DNA of 47,752 nt from a virus. Taxonomy: Duplodnaviria; Caudoviricetes. Location: positions 1 to 47,752 of the IMG/VR virus record IMGVR_UViG_3300034171_000124. One strand, 5' to 3'. Below are positions 18,920 through 28,165 of the stretch, piece by piece; positions within the stretch are counted from its first letter, which is position 1, and the number at the start of each line of letters is the position of its first letter. The notes beneath the pieces are model-generated. The model saw only the letters and a program-made list of their open reading frames with translations, made no database searches and had not been told where the DNA came from. Both the position numbers and the translations under genes were made by a program.

Positions 18920-20665
18920 TTACTGATATTCATCAAACATATCCTTACATTTTTTATAAGCAATATAAGCACATAAAAAAGACACATATCCATCGATACG
19001 TGCTTTTGATTTTGACTTATCCGGTTGTATATCATTATTCGGCATTGTTATTTTAGCGGCTGTGTTCGTGGTGCACCATCTAAACAATCCGTTATGCTTA
19101 CTAAATTGTATTATTTCATCTTTAAACAATACGCGAGTTTCTTTCATTGGTTCCGATAAACTTTTTGCACCCATTGCTACTGGAAATAAAACCCCTCTGC
19201 CTTCTTTAGTTTCTAGTGGAAATCCCTTCATGGACATATCCTCACTCCATTCATCAAAATGCCATCTATCAGCACCAATTTTCCAAAATGTAACTTGATA
19301 TTCTTCAGATAATTCTATAAACCATTCGGTTACATCGCTTTTTTTAACTAAACTTCCATTACATATTTTAAGCAATTTATTATTAAGTGGATCCAATGCA
19401 TTAGTATTGCAAAAACTTTCATAAGCCATTTTATCAGCTTTTGAATTTTGTTCTATTCTTGATTCTGCTATAAAATACTTCTGGAATAAATACAATTTTC
19501 CACCTATAGGTATTAAAGCTGATCCACAACATAAATCTGTAGTTTCTGCTAAATCCGCTCCACCTGCAGCATATTTATCCTGTATCATTTCTATATCCAT
19601 ATCAATAGCACATTTATCTACTTCAAGTAAGTTAAAATAAACAACTGACATTGAACTAGCTCTGTTTAAGTGCTTACATAAAAAAGAAGGCATCTGTGCA
19701 GGATCCTGCAATGCCTTTTGGTACTCGCCCTCCAAATAACTCATAGTTGGTCTAGCATCTACAAGTCCTGGATTAGCTTTTATCCAACACTTTCGGTCCG
19801 CAGTTTCATCAGTATCATCAACCCTGAAAATCATAGGGAATAAACGCTCTTCACTTTCGCCCTTTAACTTTTTATCACATCGTTCGAGAATACTATCAAA
19901 AATACCCTCTCTTTCAAAACCAAATGTGCTTATTGTGAATATTAGAGGCTGTGTTCTAGCTCCCATAGCGGATGAAAATACATCATATACATTTCTATCC
20001 TTTATCGCGTGTAGCTCATCAATTACAACGCAATGTGGATTTAATCCATCTTGAGAATTACTATTTTTACTTCCTGCTTTCATATAGCTATTACCGGCAG
20101 GGAATAAAAGCATTTCTGAATTATCTTTATCCCTTTTAGTTTTCACATGATACTTTAATGCTTCACTACTTAATGCGAAGTTCTTAGCAGCTTCATACAC
20201 TATACTTGCCTGTTGCTTTTGAGTAGCCAAACACCATACTTGTGCAGCCGGTTCTCTATCACACATCAACATAAAAACGGCTATTGCAGAAACAAAGGTG
20301 GATTTTCCCCATTTTCTAGCAACAAGAAGAACCATTTCTCTAAAATATCTTACAGTCATTTTTAATTCAGTATCATACATTTTAAAACCAAAAATACAAG
20401 CTGCTATATACTTCTGCTCCGTAGATAGTTCTAAAGGTTGTCCAGCCCAACGTCCTTCTCTATGTTTAACTAGTTTGCAAAAATCAATAAAGGCTTCAAC
20501 ATCTATATTCTCATAAAAAACTGTTTTACTTTTGAGCAGCTTTTCAATCATCTTCTTTAATGACTTAATGTCTTTGCCATGATTCTGCGGTTCTGCTGTA
20601 ATGTAATCATGCCAGTCTTTTATATATCCTGGAGTTTCTATTTTTTTCTTAAGCATTACCAGCAC
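18920..20665 (-). CDS. terL: Terminase large subunit
   Basis: Walker A VARKWGKS, Walker B VVIDELH, nuclease GADLA...D and RIDG. The true start may be the ATG at 20656. Confidence 0.96.
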   Translation of the reverse strand: MLVMLKKKIETPGYIKDWHDYITAEPQNHGKDIKSLKKMIEKLLKSKTVFYENIDVEAFIDFCKLVKHREGRWAGQPLELSTEQKYIAACIFGFKMYDTELKMTVRYFREMVLLVARKWGKSTFVSAIAVFMLMCDREPAAQVWCLATQKQQASIVYEAAKNFALSSEALKYHVKTKRDKDNSEMLLFPAGNSYMKAGSKNSNSQDGLNPHCVVIDELHAIKDRNVYDVFSSAMGARTQPLIFTISTFGFEREGIFDSILERCDKKLKGESEERLFPMIFRVDDTDETADRKCWIKANPGLVDARPTMSYLEGEYQKALQDPAQMPSFLCKHLNRASSMSVVYFNLLEVDKCAIDMDIEMIQDKYAAGGADLAETTDLCCGSALIPIGGKLYLFQKYFIAESRIEQNSKADKMAYESFCNTNALDPLNNKLLKICNGSLVKKSDVTEWFIELSEEYQVTFWKIGADRWHFDEWSEDMSMKGFPLETKEGRGVLFPVAMGAKSLSEPMKETRVLFKDEIIQFSKHNGLFRWCTTNTAAKITMPNNDIQPDKSKSKARIDGYVSFLCAYIAYKKCKDMFDEYQ

Positions 20666-21065
20666 GCCTTGCTATTTTAAGGAATGCATCTTCTGGCTTA
20701 GGAATAATCTTTTCAGGTGCCGGCATGAGATCAGTAAGTTGCCTCATTATTCCCATGTGATTTTTTATCATAGTATTATATACTTCAACCTCAGGACTTT
20801 TTTTAGTTCCAAACTGATTTTCACCATTTTTATACGTAGAAATCGTTCCATCTTCATTTATTGCCTCTTGCAAATCCTCCAGAGTAATGGTCATAAAAGC
20901 GGCGTTTTTAACAAGAGATAAAACACTTTCAAATGTTTTTGGAGCAATTTCTTTAAATAATTCTCTCAACTTTAATATTTCTTTTTTTATTCTTTTGTCT
21001 TTTTCTTCCTTCATCAAAGCTTTCCGTTCTCTCTCTATTTCATCGAATGAAGCGTCATCTTTCAT
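20649..21065 (-). CDS. terS: Terminase small subunit (P27-like)
   Basis: LQEAINEDG...YKNGENQFG..KSP; upstream of TerL. Confidence 0.85.
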   Translation of the reverse strand: MKDDASFDEIERERKALMKEEKDKRIKKEILKLRELFKEIAPKTFESVLSLVKNAAFMTITLEDLQEAINEDGTISTYKNGENQFGTKKSPEVEVYNTMIKNHMGIMRQLTDLMPAPEKIIPKPEDAFLKIARRAGNA

Positions 21066-21163
21066 TATATCCCACCACCTTTACCTACACCCCTTACGCA
21101 AAAAATCCCACGAGTGAGATGAAATCTTATCACTACGGTTTACACCGAACCCCCGTTCGCATC

Positions 21164-21442
21164 CTATATGGGGGGGATTAGGAACTTTTGGAGCCCTGTA
21201 GATCTATCATGTATTTCTTCATGGCAATCATTACAAACATATTGAAGGTTCTTAGTATTATAGGCAACATTCCAATCACTTTTGTTCGTATCTGTAAGCC
21301 ATATCATATGATGAACTATCTTGCCAGCCTTTACCTTTCCTTTCTTCTTGCAACGCTCACACAGTCCATTACTTCTAGTGATTACAACTTGCCTTGACTT
21401 CGGCCATTGCTTATCCTTGTATACCTCTGGATACTTTGCCAT
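21164..21442 (-). CDS. HNH endonuclease (terminase-associated)
   Basis: CERC...VHH...NLQYVCNDCHEEIH; typical of cos phages. The cos site probably lies in 21066-21163 but was not located. Confidence 0.9.
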   Translation of the reverse strand: MAKYPEVYKDKQWPKSRQVVITRSNGLCERCKKKGKVKAGKIVHHMIWLTDTNKSDWNVAYNTKNLQYVCNDCHEEIHDRSTGLQKFLIPPI

Positions 21443-21518
21443 TACATCACACCTACTTACTCAAGTTCTGCATCTCTATCATCTTAATTAGGTCCTTATC
21501 CATTACGAATACGACTCC

Positions 21519-21737
21519 TTATCTTTTCTGCTGAATAGCACCCTTACATCTTTTATAACTATGCTCGTTCATACAGTCCTTTACACTATCACTAACCTTG
21601 TCTACACCTACTCTCTTGCTGTTGCAGTAAGGACATACCAAATATCTATCTTTTGCCATTACATTAATATCTTCACTTAATAAGACAAACTCTCTACCAC
21701 ATGTTCTACACTTATGAGCTGCATACATACCTACCAT
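21519..21737 (-). CDS. Zinc-ribbon protein
   Basis: CRTC...CPYC; AGGAG RBS before MVGMY. Confidence 0.7.
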   Translation of the reverse strand: MVGMYAAHKCRTCGREFVLLSEDINVMAKDRYLVCPYCNSKRVGVDKVSDSVKDCMNEHSYKRCKGAIQQKR

Positions 21738-21849
21738 ATCCTTACTCCTTTTTAATTTTAGACATAGAAAAAGCACCTAAAATCCATTAAGAATTCTTAG
21801 GTGCTTTTTATTTGCAATTACTAATAGTATCATATTACCACACTTAATT

Positions 21850-21887
21850 TATCATGTAAATATCATCTTTTTATCATGTTATTATCA
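21850..21887 (-). promoter_or_regulatory. Late-promoter activator repeats
   Basis: TGATA (plus strand TATCA) at 21850, 21861, 21872 and 21883, spaced exactly 11 bp, at the end of the ArpU-like gene and upstream of the packaging genes. Confidence 0.6.
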
Positions 21888-22391
21888 CAGTGCATCTACA
21901 CCAAACAAATATACTCCCAAGGCCTGTACCATCTCGTTTTTCCATCTTCTTATTGTTATCTCTGAACAGTTTAATTCAACTGCTATCTTGTCAAATGGTA
22001 CATTTTGTAAATAACACATTGCAATTACTTCATACTTATTTAACTGATTTTTTCTAATGCAATCTTCTTTAAGTGCCTTTAATGCGGTTCTAATATGAGT
22101 AACCATAATCATTGTCCTGAACTTACTACGTCTTATCGATAATATGAAAAGTTTATCATTTGGCCCTATACTCTCACAAGAGAAGTTATCTTCCTCATCA
22201 AGCTTTATATAATCTAAATTATCAACTGCTTCTTCATAATGTTTACTGAGATTATTGTAATTACTTAGAAGTAATTTAGTGTTATGAAGAATTTTAGTAT
22301 TCGCTTCTTCATGTTTTTTAATATCAAACTGTTTAATCGCTTCTGTTACTGCTTTTTTTATCACTTCATCGAAGTTTGCAGAGTATCTCAT
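21885..22391 (-). CDS. ArpU/RinA-like late transcriptional regulator
   Basis: C-terminal HTH KIAVELNCSEITIRRWKN...YLFG; last early gene. Confidence 0.8.
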   Translation of the reverse strand: MRYSANFDEVIKKAVTEAIKQFDIKKHEEANTKILHNTKLLLSNYNNLSKHYEEAVDNLDYIKLDEEDNFSCESIGPNDKLFILSIRRSKFRTMIMVTHIRTALKALKEDCIRKNQLNKYEVIAMCYLQNVPFDKIAVELNCSEITIRRWKNEMVQALGVYLFGVDAL

Positions 22392-22573
22392 GTTTTATTC
22401 CCCCTAAGTTTTATTCTAACTTTTCAATACGTTCCTGCATTATTTTCTTTTCAGCCTCTAATTTAGCTTTCATAGCCCATTTTTTATCCCAAATAGCTTT
22501 TTTAATATCTATGTTAAGTTGATCTATTCTACCAATGTACATATCTTTCCAATCTATTTTCATGTAAGCCTCC

Positions 22574-22789
22574 TCATATTTTAAAACCATTTAGTAATTC
22601 TTCCTCGGTAGCTCCTTTAATTTGTTCTCCAATTTCACTAAGCTCTATAGTAATTTTATTAAACTCTGGAATATAACTTTTTTCTATCGTCTCAAGCTTT
22701 ATGTTTTTATTATTCAAATACAGGCAAGCTTTCTTTTCTCTCTGGAGAAGTAAATTGTATTTTTCTTTTAAAATATTTAAATTATTCAT
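22574..22789 (-). CDS. Hypothetical protein
   Basis: GGAGG RBS; 71 aa. Confidence 0.65.
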   Translation of the reverse strand: MNNLNILKEKYNLLLQREKKACLYLNNKNIKLETIEKSYIPEFNKITIELSEIGEQIKGATEEELLNGFKI

Positions 22790-22810
22790 AAAATACCTCC
22801 ATTTTGTACC

Positions 22811-23100
22811 GTGTAGTCTTTGTGTAGTGTTTGTGTAGTGTTTTATAAACCTTACACTAACTTCAAACCATTGGTATTACTAGCTTTTAAAAAATTCCGT
22901 GTAGTCCGTGTAGTAAAAAACACCATTGTGTCTATATTGCATATGCGTATATACATATATTTACATATATTTATACAGTATTAACTTTAGGGGTAAATAG
23001 CTACACTTACTACACCAATGAGACATACAAATGGTTTGATGGTATTATTCGTTACACTAAACCCTACACGTCACTACACTATTTTGCAATTCACTACACG
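22811..23100. repeat. Putative replication origin (oppositely oriented iterons around an AT-rich core)
   Basis: GTGTAG at 22811, 22822, 22833, 22899, 22908; CTACAC at 23001, 23010, 23064, 23074, 23094; ATAT-rich core at about 22940-22980. Confidence 0.7.
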
Positions 23101-23236
23101 AATTATAGATATTTTTAGTATTAATTCAATTTATGCCCATTATTTATTTTATCCCAATATTTGAAGTTTATAGAAGATGTAAAAATTAACCTTTGCAATT
23201 TGACAAAATTTTTAATGTTATAAAGTTTGACAAAAA

Positions 23237-23626
23237 CTAAATTGTCACAAATTCGTATTCTTTTTTGTCTTGATTCCAATTGCATTTTTCACAAATTTTA
23301 TCACCATTTCCCCATAACTCTACTCTTAATCTTCCACACTCAGTACATTCTTCACCTGTGTAGCCTATAAGTGGACCTTTTGTTTTTATACCTTGAATCA
23401 ATTCCTCTGGAACACCATACATATTGCAAATTTGCTTTCTTATTGTTTCATAAAGAGGACTTTTGCCCATACCTATAGCTCCAATGTTTATTTTTTCTAT
23501 ATAACTATCACATTTAGTTATTCCATCAGTACGACAATCTACTTCATTATGGTCATTTATATAGTTACAATCTGAACATGTATTTTTCTTATAACAGGAA
23601 TTACATATACATGATTTAACACACAT
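23237..23626 (-). CDS. Cys-rich hypothetical protein
   Basis: GGAGGTG RBS; several CxxC pairs. Confidence 0.65.
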   Translation of the reverse strand: MCVKSCICNSCYKKNTCSDCNYINDHNEVDCRTDGITKCDSYIEKINIGAIGMGKSPLYETIRKQICNMYGVPEELIQGIKTKGPLIGYTGEECTECGRLRVELWGNGDKICEKCNWNQDKKEYEFVTI

Positions 23627-23646
23627 GCTTACACCTCCATTTTAAT

Positions 23647-23668
23647 TCACAATTTATTTGAAATGCGA
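23647..23668 (-). repeat. Palindromic cassette-boundary site
   Basis: TCGCA-TTTCAAATAAAT-TGTGA between a stop codon and the next RBS. Confidence 0.65.
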
Positions 23669-23669
23669 C

Positions 23670-23930
23670 TTAACGTTCTTCTCCAAGAATAATCATATTA
23701 TTATCGTCATAATCAATTTCAAATTCCTTATCACATTTTTTACACTCCAACCATGAACATTCTGCAAGTCCAATATCACTATTATGCATACGTTTTTTAT
23801 CTGTTAATGTTCCATCCCTTGTAATATCTCGTGCTATCTCATGTGTCCGTTCTTCAATGTATTGTATTGCACCACCACACGTACATGTGGGCTTTTTATA
23901 TTTCATAATATTCTCCTTATAGATAGCCAC
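23670..23930 (-). CDS. Zinc-ribbon hypothetical protein
   Basis: CTCG...CKKC; likely start at MKYKKP after AAGGAG. Confidence 0.65.
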   Translation of the reverse strand: MAIYKENIMKYKKPTCTCGGAIQYIEERTHEIARDITRDGTLTDKKRMHNSDIGLAECSWLECKKCDKEFEIDYDDNNMIILGEER

Positions 23931-24132
23931 AATTGACTAAGCATTACCTAATTTAATATTTTTTTGTTTTAAATTACTATACATTTCATCTGTAACAACA
24001 AAACTACCTGTACAATATAAAGTTGTATTACTACGTAGTTCAATAGCCTTAGTTAAATCCTCAGTATTATTTATTGGATTGCAGATATGACCGTTTTTCA
24101 TATTAAAAACCCCTTCGTTTTATATTTTTAAG

Positions 24133-24171
24133 TCGCTATATAATCATAGTCTACATATTTTTGAAGTGTGA
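24133..24171 (-). repeat. Double cassette-boundary site
   Basis: TCACA-N12-GTAGA-N12-AGCGA; shares TCATAGTCTACATAT (15 nt, plus strand) with 25044-25082. Confidence 0.7.
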
Positions 24172-24172
24172 C

Positions 24173-24592
24173 TTAAACTGATAGCTCTTCTATATTTTGC
24201 ATTGCCCAAAAGTTAGGTTCGTATCCACGTTTTTTCATCCAAGTGTATAGTACTTCATTTAATTTTTCTTCAAGTTCATCACTATCTTCTTTTGTAACAT
24301 CATTCAAATAATCTTCTGCCACTTCTCCAAGTTCATCCCCAGTGTTTTCAGCTATATCCTCTAAAATTGAGTCTACATTTACACCACTCGCAGTTACCTT
24401 ACCAACTTGACCAACCTCAAATAACTCTATAGCTTTTATATCAAACCCATGTTCAGTATTAATTTTATTTTCTGCAAAGGCTTCTGCCCTTCCAATTTCG
24501 ATTGCTTCTTGCCTAGTTTCATAACATTCTCCCGTCCATACTTCATTTTGTCCTATATTAAACATCCATTTACCATTCTCAATATTATTCAA
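24173..24592 (-). CDS. Acidic hypothetical phage protein
   Basis: AGGAGG RBS; D/E-rich, 139 aa. Confidence 0.7.
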   Translation of the reverse strand: MNNIENGKWMFNIGQNEVWTGECYETRQEAIEIGRAEAFAENKINTEHGFDIKAIELFEVGQVGKVTASGVNVDSILEDIAENTGDELGEVAEDYLNDVTKEDSDELEEKLNEVLYTWMKKRGYEPNFWAMQNIEELSV

Positions 24593-24622
24593 TGTAAATT
24601 CCTCCTAATTTTTTATTGTGAA

Positions 24623-24817
24623 TTAATTATTTTCTATATACCACTCTTTTTCCATTAAACTTTTATTGTATGTTGGTCTAACTTTAAGATAATGCATTGC
24701 AAATTTTAATGGCATAAAGTTTGGATATGTCATGTTTTGTCCATATACCTTAATTTTCTTACCTTGTTTCCCTGCTTCTAATGCTTCTTCCCATGTAACT
24801 GCTTTTTCGTTTTGCAT
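24623..24817 (-). CDS. Hypothetical protein
   Basis: AAGGAG RBS; WEEALEAGKQGKKI...EWYI. Confidence 0.65.
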   Translation of the reverse strand: MQNEKAVTWEEALEAGKQGKKIKVYGQNMTYPNFMPLKFAMHYLKVRPTYNKSLMEKEWYIENN

Positions 24818-24847
24818 ATTAAACTCCTTCCTTACATTTTCTCGGAA

Positions 24848-25033
24848 TTAAAGCTTTCTACCACACATAGGACAAAATTTAATATCAAATGTAGCTATTG
24901 CCATACCTCTTTCATAAACTATAATTCCACAATCATCCTTTTTAGTTGTTAACATCAAATTTATTTCTCGTTTTTTATAATGAGTATTCTCAAGTCTATT
25001 TGATTGAACTTCACATATACATTTTTTATTCAT
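24848..25033 (-). CDS. Small Zn-finger protein
   Basis: CICE...IKFCPMCGRKL; GGAGG RBS. Confidence 0.7.
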   Translation of the reverse strand: MNKKCICEVQSNRLENTHYKKREINLMLTTKKDDCGIIVYERGMAIATFDIKFCPMCGRKL

Positions 25034-25043
25034 ATATCCTCCT

Positions 25044-25082
25044 TCGCATTATTTTCATAGTCTACATATATTTGCATTGCGT
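25044..25082 (-). repeat. Double cassette-boundary site
   Basis: ACGCA-N12-GTAGA-N12-TGCGA between a stop codon and the RBS. Confidence 0.7.
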
Positions 25083-25083
25083 A

Positions 25084-25449
25084 TTAATCTTTTACTTTAA
25101 ATAATGGATATTTATAATTATCTATTGTCCAATTTTTAAAACACATTGTGTTTTTTTCTGTATTTATTCCAACACAATTTAAAGCATTTCCTTTATTGCT
25201 ACCTAATGTTAATTCAACTATGCCACCTATTTCATATAACTTTTTAATAGATTCTGCTATTACTATTATTTGTTTTTCTATTTCAGCATGTTTATTTTCA
25301 CATTCTCTAGCCTCATCTATATCGGAAAATTCTCTGTTGCAGACTGAACATCTATAAAATCCTATTGGCATTTTTACACTTCCTTTAATTTGTATTATTT
25401 TTGAATTACGTACTAATCCCAATGTAATTTCTGACCACATTCTGGGCAA
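25084..25449 (-). CDS. Hypothetical protein with C2H2-like motif
   Basis: YRCSVCNREF...CENKH; likely start at MPIGF. Confidence 0.6.
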   Translation of the reverse strand: MPRMWSEITLGLVRNSKIIQIKGSVKMPIGFYRCSVCNREFSDIDEARECENKHAEIEKQIIVIAESIKKLYEIGGIVELTLGSNKGNALNCVGINTEKNTMCFKNWTIDNYKYPLFKVKD

Positions 25450-25766
25450 AATTTTAGCGTTTTCACATTATAATCCTCTGTGGTTATTTCGCAAACAGGG
25501 CAAGTAAATTCATTATCATATTCGGTAAATACTTTTAGTGGTATCTGTTTTTCAAGTGCATCCTTAACTTGTTCAGGGCTTAACCCACTATCTTCGTAAT
25601 CTGATAGCATTTGAAAACCACTTTGTACTGGACAACCGATGCAATTATGGTCTTGAAAATCTTCACAAAAATCATTGCATCCACTTTCACCACAACTTTC
25701 ACACATAGCTTTTAATGTTGGTGAATTTGTTATTTCACTTATTTTCGTCAACCTTTTATACTTCAT
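25413..25766 (-). CDS. Cys-rich Zn-ribbon phage protein
   Basis: YEDSGLSPEQV...ALEKQIP...CPVC...FCPECGQKL. Confidence 0.7.
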   Translation of the reverse strand: MKYKRLTKISEITNSPTLKAMCESCGESGCNDFCEDFQDHNCIGCPVQSGFQMLSDYEDSGLSPEQVKDALEKQIPLKVFTEYDNEFTCPVCEITTEDYNVKTLKFCPECGQKLHWD

Positions 25767-25786
25767 AATATTTAAACCTCCATCTT

Positions 25787-25808
25787 TCGCATTATAATCA
25801 GATGTTGC
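25787..25808 (-). repeat. Palindromic cassette-boundary site
   Basis: GCAAC-ATCTGATTATAA-TGCGA between the primase stop and the next RBS. Confidence 0.55.
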
Positions 25809-25810
25809 AG

Positions 25811-28147
25811 CTATTCCTTAACAAATGGATTATAAATATTATCACACTCGGTCATTTGCGATTGATGATCCTTATCTAGTAACCCAATACCTTTCCAATA
25901 GATGCCAGAATTAGTCCTACCTTTTTCAAATTCCTTTTCTGTCATTTTTCTAGTAAATTTAATAGAAGAAAGTGTATATTCTTTATTCTCTTTGCACCAT
26001 GATTCATAAGTCTTGTATAGATCAGATACATTCACCCTCACTGTTTCACTGCTAGCAACTATGCATTCCTCGGCTATAAACCTTTGGATAGGATCACTGT
26101 CAACTCTATATTCATCCACGGAAGCTTTAACAACATCTGGGATATCTTCACCCTCTTGCTGCCATTTCAAGCAACCTTCTATGGCCCAATTCAATATTCC
26201 ACTCATCTCAGGTATCAATTTGTTTTCAAAGAAGTTCACATCCTTATCACCATCAACGAATTTATATTTAAAAGGAATCTTTCTAACTCTTCTCCAAATA
26301 CCCTCATCATCATTGTTAATTTTGGGCATATGGTTAGTTGACATCCATAATTTAAAAGTAGGCTTAAGGTTAAAACTTGACTCATATAAATTTCTAACCT
26401 TTACGGTCTCGTCTGCTCCTGAAGTAAGAGATTTTAGCAATCCTTCATCAAAGGACTTGGATCCTTTCATCTCATTAACATTTACAAACCTTTTACCTAT
26501 TAATCCTGCAATTTCTTCTCTTGTTCCCTCGTCGCCCATTTTTTCCATTAAACTTTTAGCATCAAGTCCATCAGCATAATCTCCCATAAACCTCATAATA
26601 GTTTTTATAAAAGTACCCTTACCGTTTGCTCCATTACCATGAAGAATATAAAAACACTGTAAATTTGCATCACCGGTCATACTATAGCCTATAGATTTTT
26701 GAATATAATTAATTAACTCCTGGTCCTCCATGAATATTTTATTGATAAACTCGGTCCAGTTTGGACATTGTGCCTTTGGACTATATTCAACATTTACAAC
26801 CTTTGTACAAAAATTTCTTCTATCATGATTTTCTAATAGCCCAGTCCTAAGATTTAAGGTGCCATTTTTTATATTTAACAGGTAATTATCCTTATCTGTT
26901 TCGGTTATTATTAATCGGTTTTGCGTCATGGCCTGATTAACCATAGCTTTTATTTTTCCATCAGATTCACTCCTGAGAACATATTTTTTAATAGATTCTT
27001 TTAATTTCTCTTTTTTTATTTCTTCATCGAACGTTAATCCTTGCAAGGATATAGCCTCACCCTCTACTTGTAATTTCCTAAGTACTTTCCTAGCTAATCC
27101 CTCAATTTTGCCTACAAAATCAAATTCCCAGTGCTTACTGGACCATAATAACCAACTTTTTCGAATTGGATTGTATCTAATATTTTTACCGTATATGGCC
27201 ATTAATCTTTCAGCATTTCCTACATCGCTAAAATTAAGATTTATAAGGCTTTGGTCCTCTGCATCATCATACTCATAGAGGGATGAATTACTAACAATAT
27301 CTATGAGCTCCTCTTTTTCATGCCCTTGATTTATCCAGTCTGAAACATCTTCTTTTTCTTCTAGTTCTGGAATCTCAATTCTTTTTATATATTCAGCAGT
27401 TCCAAATAGTTTTGCAGCAATGTTATCTGCATGCGCTCGTCCTGGATCATCATTGTCATTTAAAATTATGACTTTGGCACCTTTAAAATAGTGGTTATAC
27501 TCTTTTCTCCATTTAGGTTTTTGAGTACTTATTGAAGCACCATCGAAATTACAAGTTGCAACTAAACCCCATTTTTTAAGGTTTTCCGCATCTTTTTCAC
27601 CCTCCACTACATAAACATTCTCACCTTTTTTAATTGCTTCTATGAGCTCTGGAAGGTTGTACACTACGGGTACACATAAAGGGAAATCTTTCATTTTAAC
27701 CTTATCCCTTTTTTTCTTACTCCAATTGTCTCCTCCTGGATAAGTTTCATAATACGTTCCTTCATCAAGGCCCCAAATTGTGCTACCATTTATAATTCTC
27801 TTTTGAGCAAAATGCTTTTTCTTTTGTTCTGTAGCTTCAAATCTTACTTTTTCAAAGAGCATATTACCGGAAGCATCTTTGTATTGGTATGAAATTTCAC
27901 TTTTATTTGTATCTTCTTTATCTTTAAGTGGCTTATCGAACAAGTCTGACATTCCAAGTCCAGCTGCTTCAACAATATCTATGGTTTCACAACCTGCGTG
28001 ACATTTAAAAATTGTGACTCCTTTAGCTCTATCGTATTTAATACTGAGGCTTGCCTCTTTGTCTAGGTGTGAGGGACACATGGCTTTGCATATATCCCCT
28101 TTATCTTCTTTTACTTTGAAATGACTCTTGATAGATTTATAGTCCAT
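25811..28147 (-). CDS. Primase-helicase: Zn finger, TOPRIM and D5/P4-type SF3 helicase
   Basis: CPSH...CHAGC; VVEGEKD and DNDDPG (TOPRIM); SDVGNAERL (D5_N); Walker A GNGANGKGT; IWRR. Confidence 0.92.
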   Translation of the reverse strand: MDYKSIKSHFKVKEDKGDICKAMCPSHLDKEASLSIKYDRAKGVTIFKCHAGCETIDIVEAAGLGMSDLFDKPLKDKEDTNKSEISYQYKDASGNMLFEKVRFEATEQKKKHFAQKRIINGSTIWGLDEGTYYETYPGGDNWSKKKRDKVKMKDFPLCVPVVYNLPELIEAIKKGENVYVVEGEKDAENLKKWGLVATCNFDGASISTQKPKWRKEYNHYFKGAKVIILNDNDDPGRAHADNIAAKLFGTAEYIKRIEIPELEEKEDVSDWINQGHEKEELIDIVSNSSLYEYDDAEDQSLINLNFSDVGNAERLMAIYGKNIRYNPIRKSWLLWSSKHWEFDFVGKIEGLARKVLRKLQVEGEAISLQGLTFDEEIKKEKLKESIKKYVLRSESDGKIKAMVNQAMTQNRLIITETDKDNYLLNIKNGTLNLRTGLLENHDRRNFCTKVVNVEYSPKAQCPNWTEFINKIFMEDQELINYIQKSIGYSMTGDANLQCFYILHGNGANGKGTFIKTIMRFMGDYADGLDAKSLMEKMGDEGTREEIAGLIGKRFVNVNEMKGSKSFDEGLLKSLTSGADETVKVRNLYESSFNLKPTFKLWMSTNHMPKINNDDEGIWRRVRKIPFKYKFVDGDKDVNFFENKLIPEMSGILNWAIEGCLKWQQEGEDIPDVVKASVDEYRVDSDPIQRFIAEECIVASSETVRVNVSDLYKTYESWCKENKEYTLSSIKFTRKMTEKEFEKGRTNSGIYWKGIGLLDKDHQSQMTECDNIYNPFVKE

Positions 28148-28165
28148 GTATCACACCTCAACCTT

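Noticed and set aside
24601-24850. Further cassette-boundary sites after the stops at 24848 (TTCCGAGAAAATGTAAGGAA) and 24623 (TTCACAAT)
   Set aside because: They are half-sites or have the wrong spacing. They may be decayed copies but were not counted.
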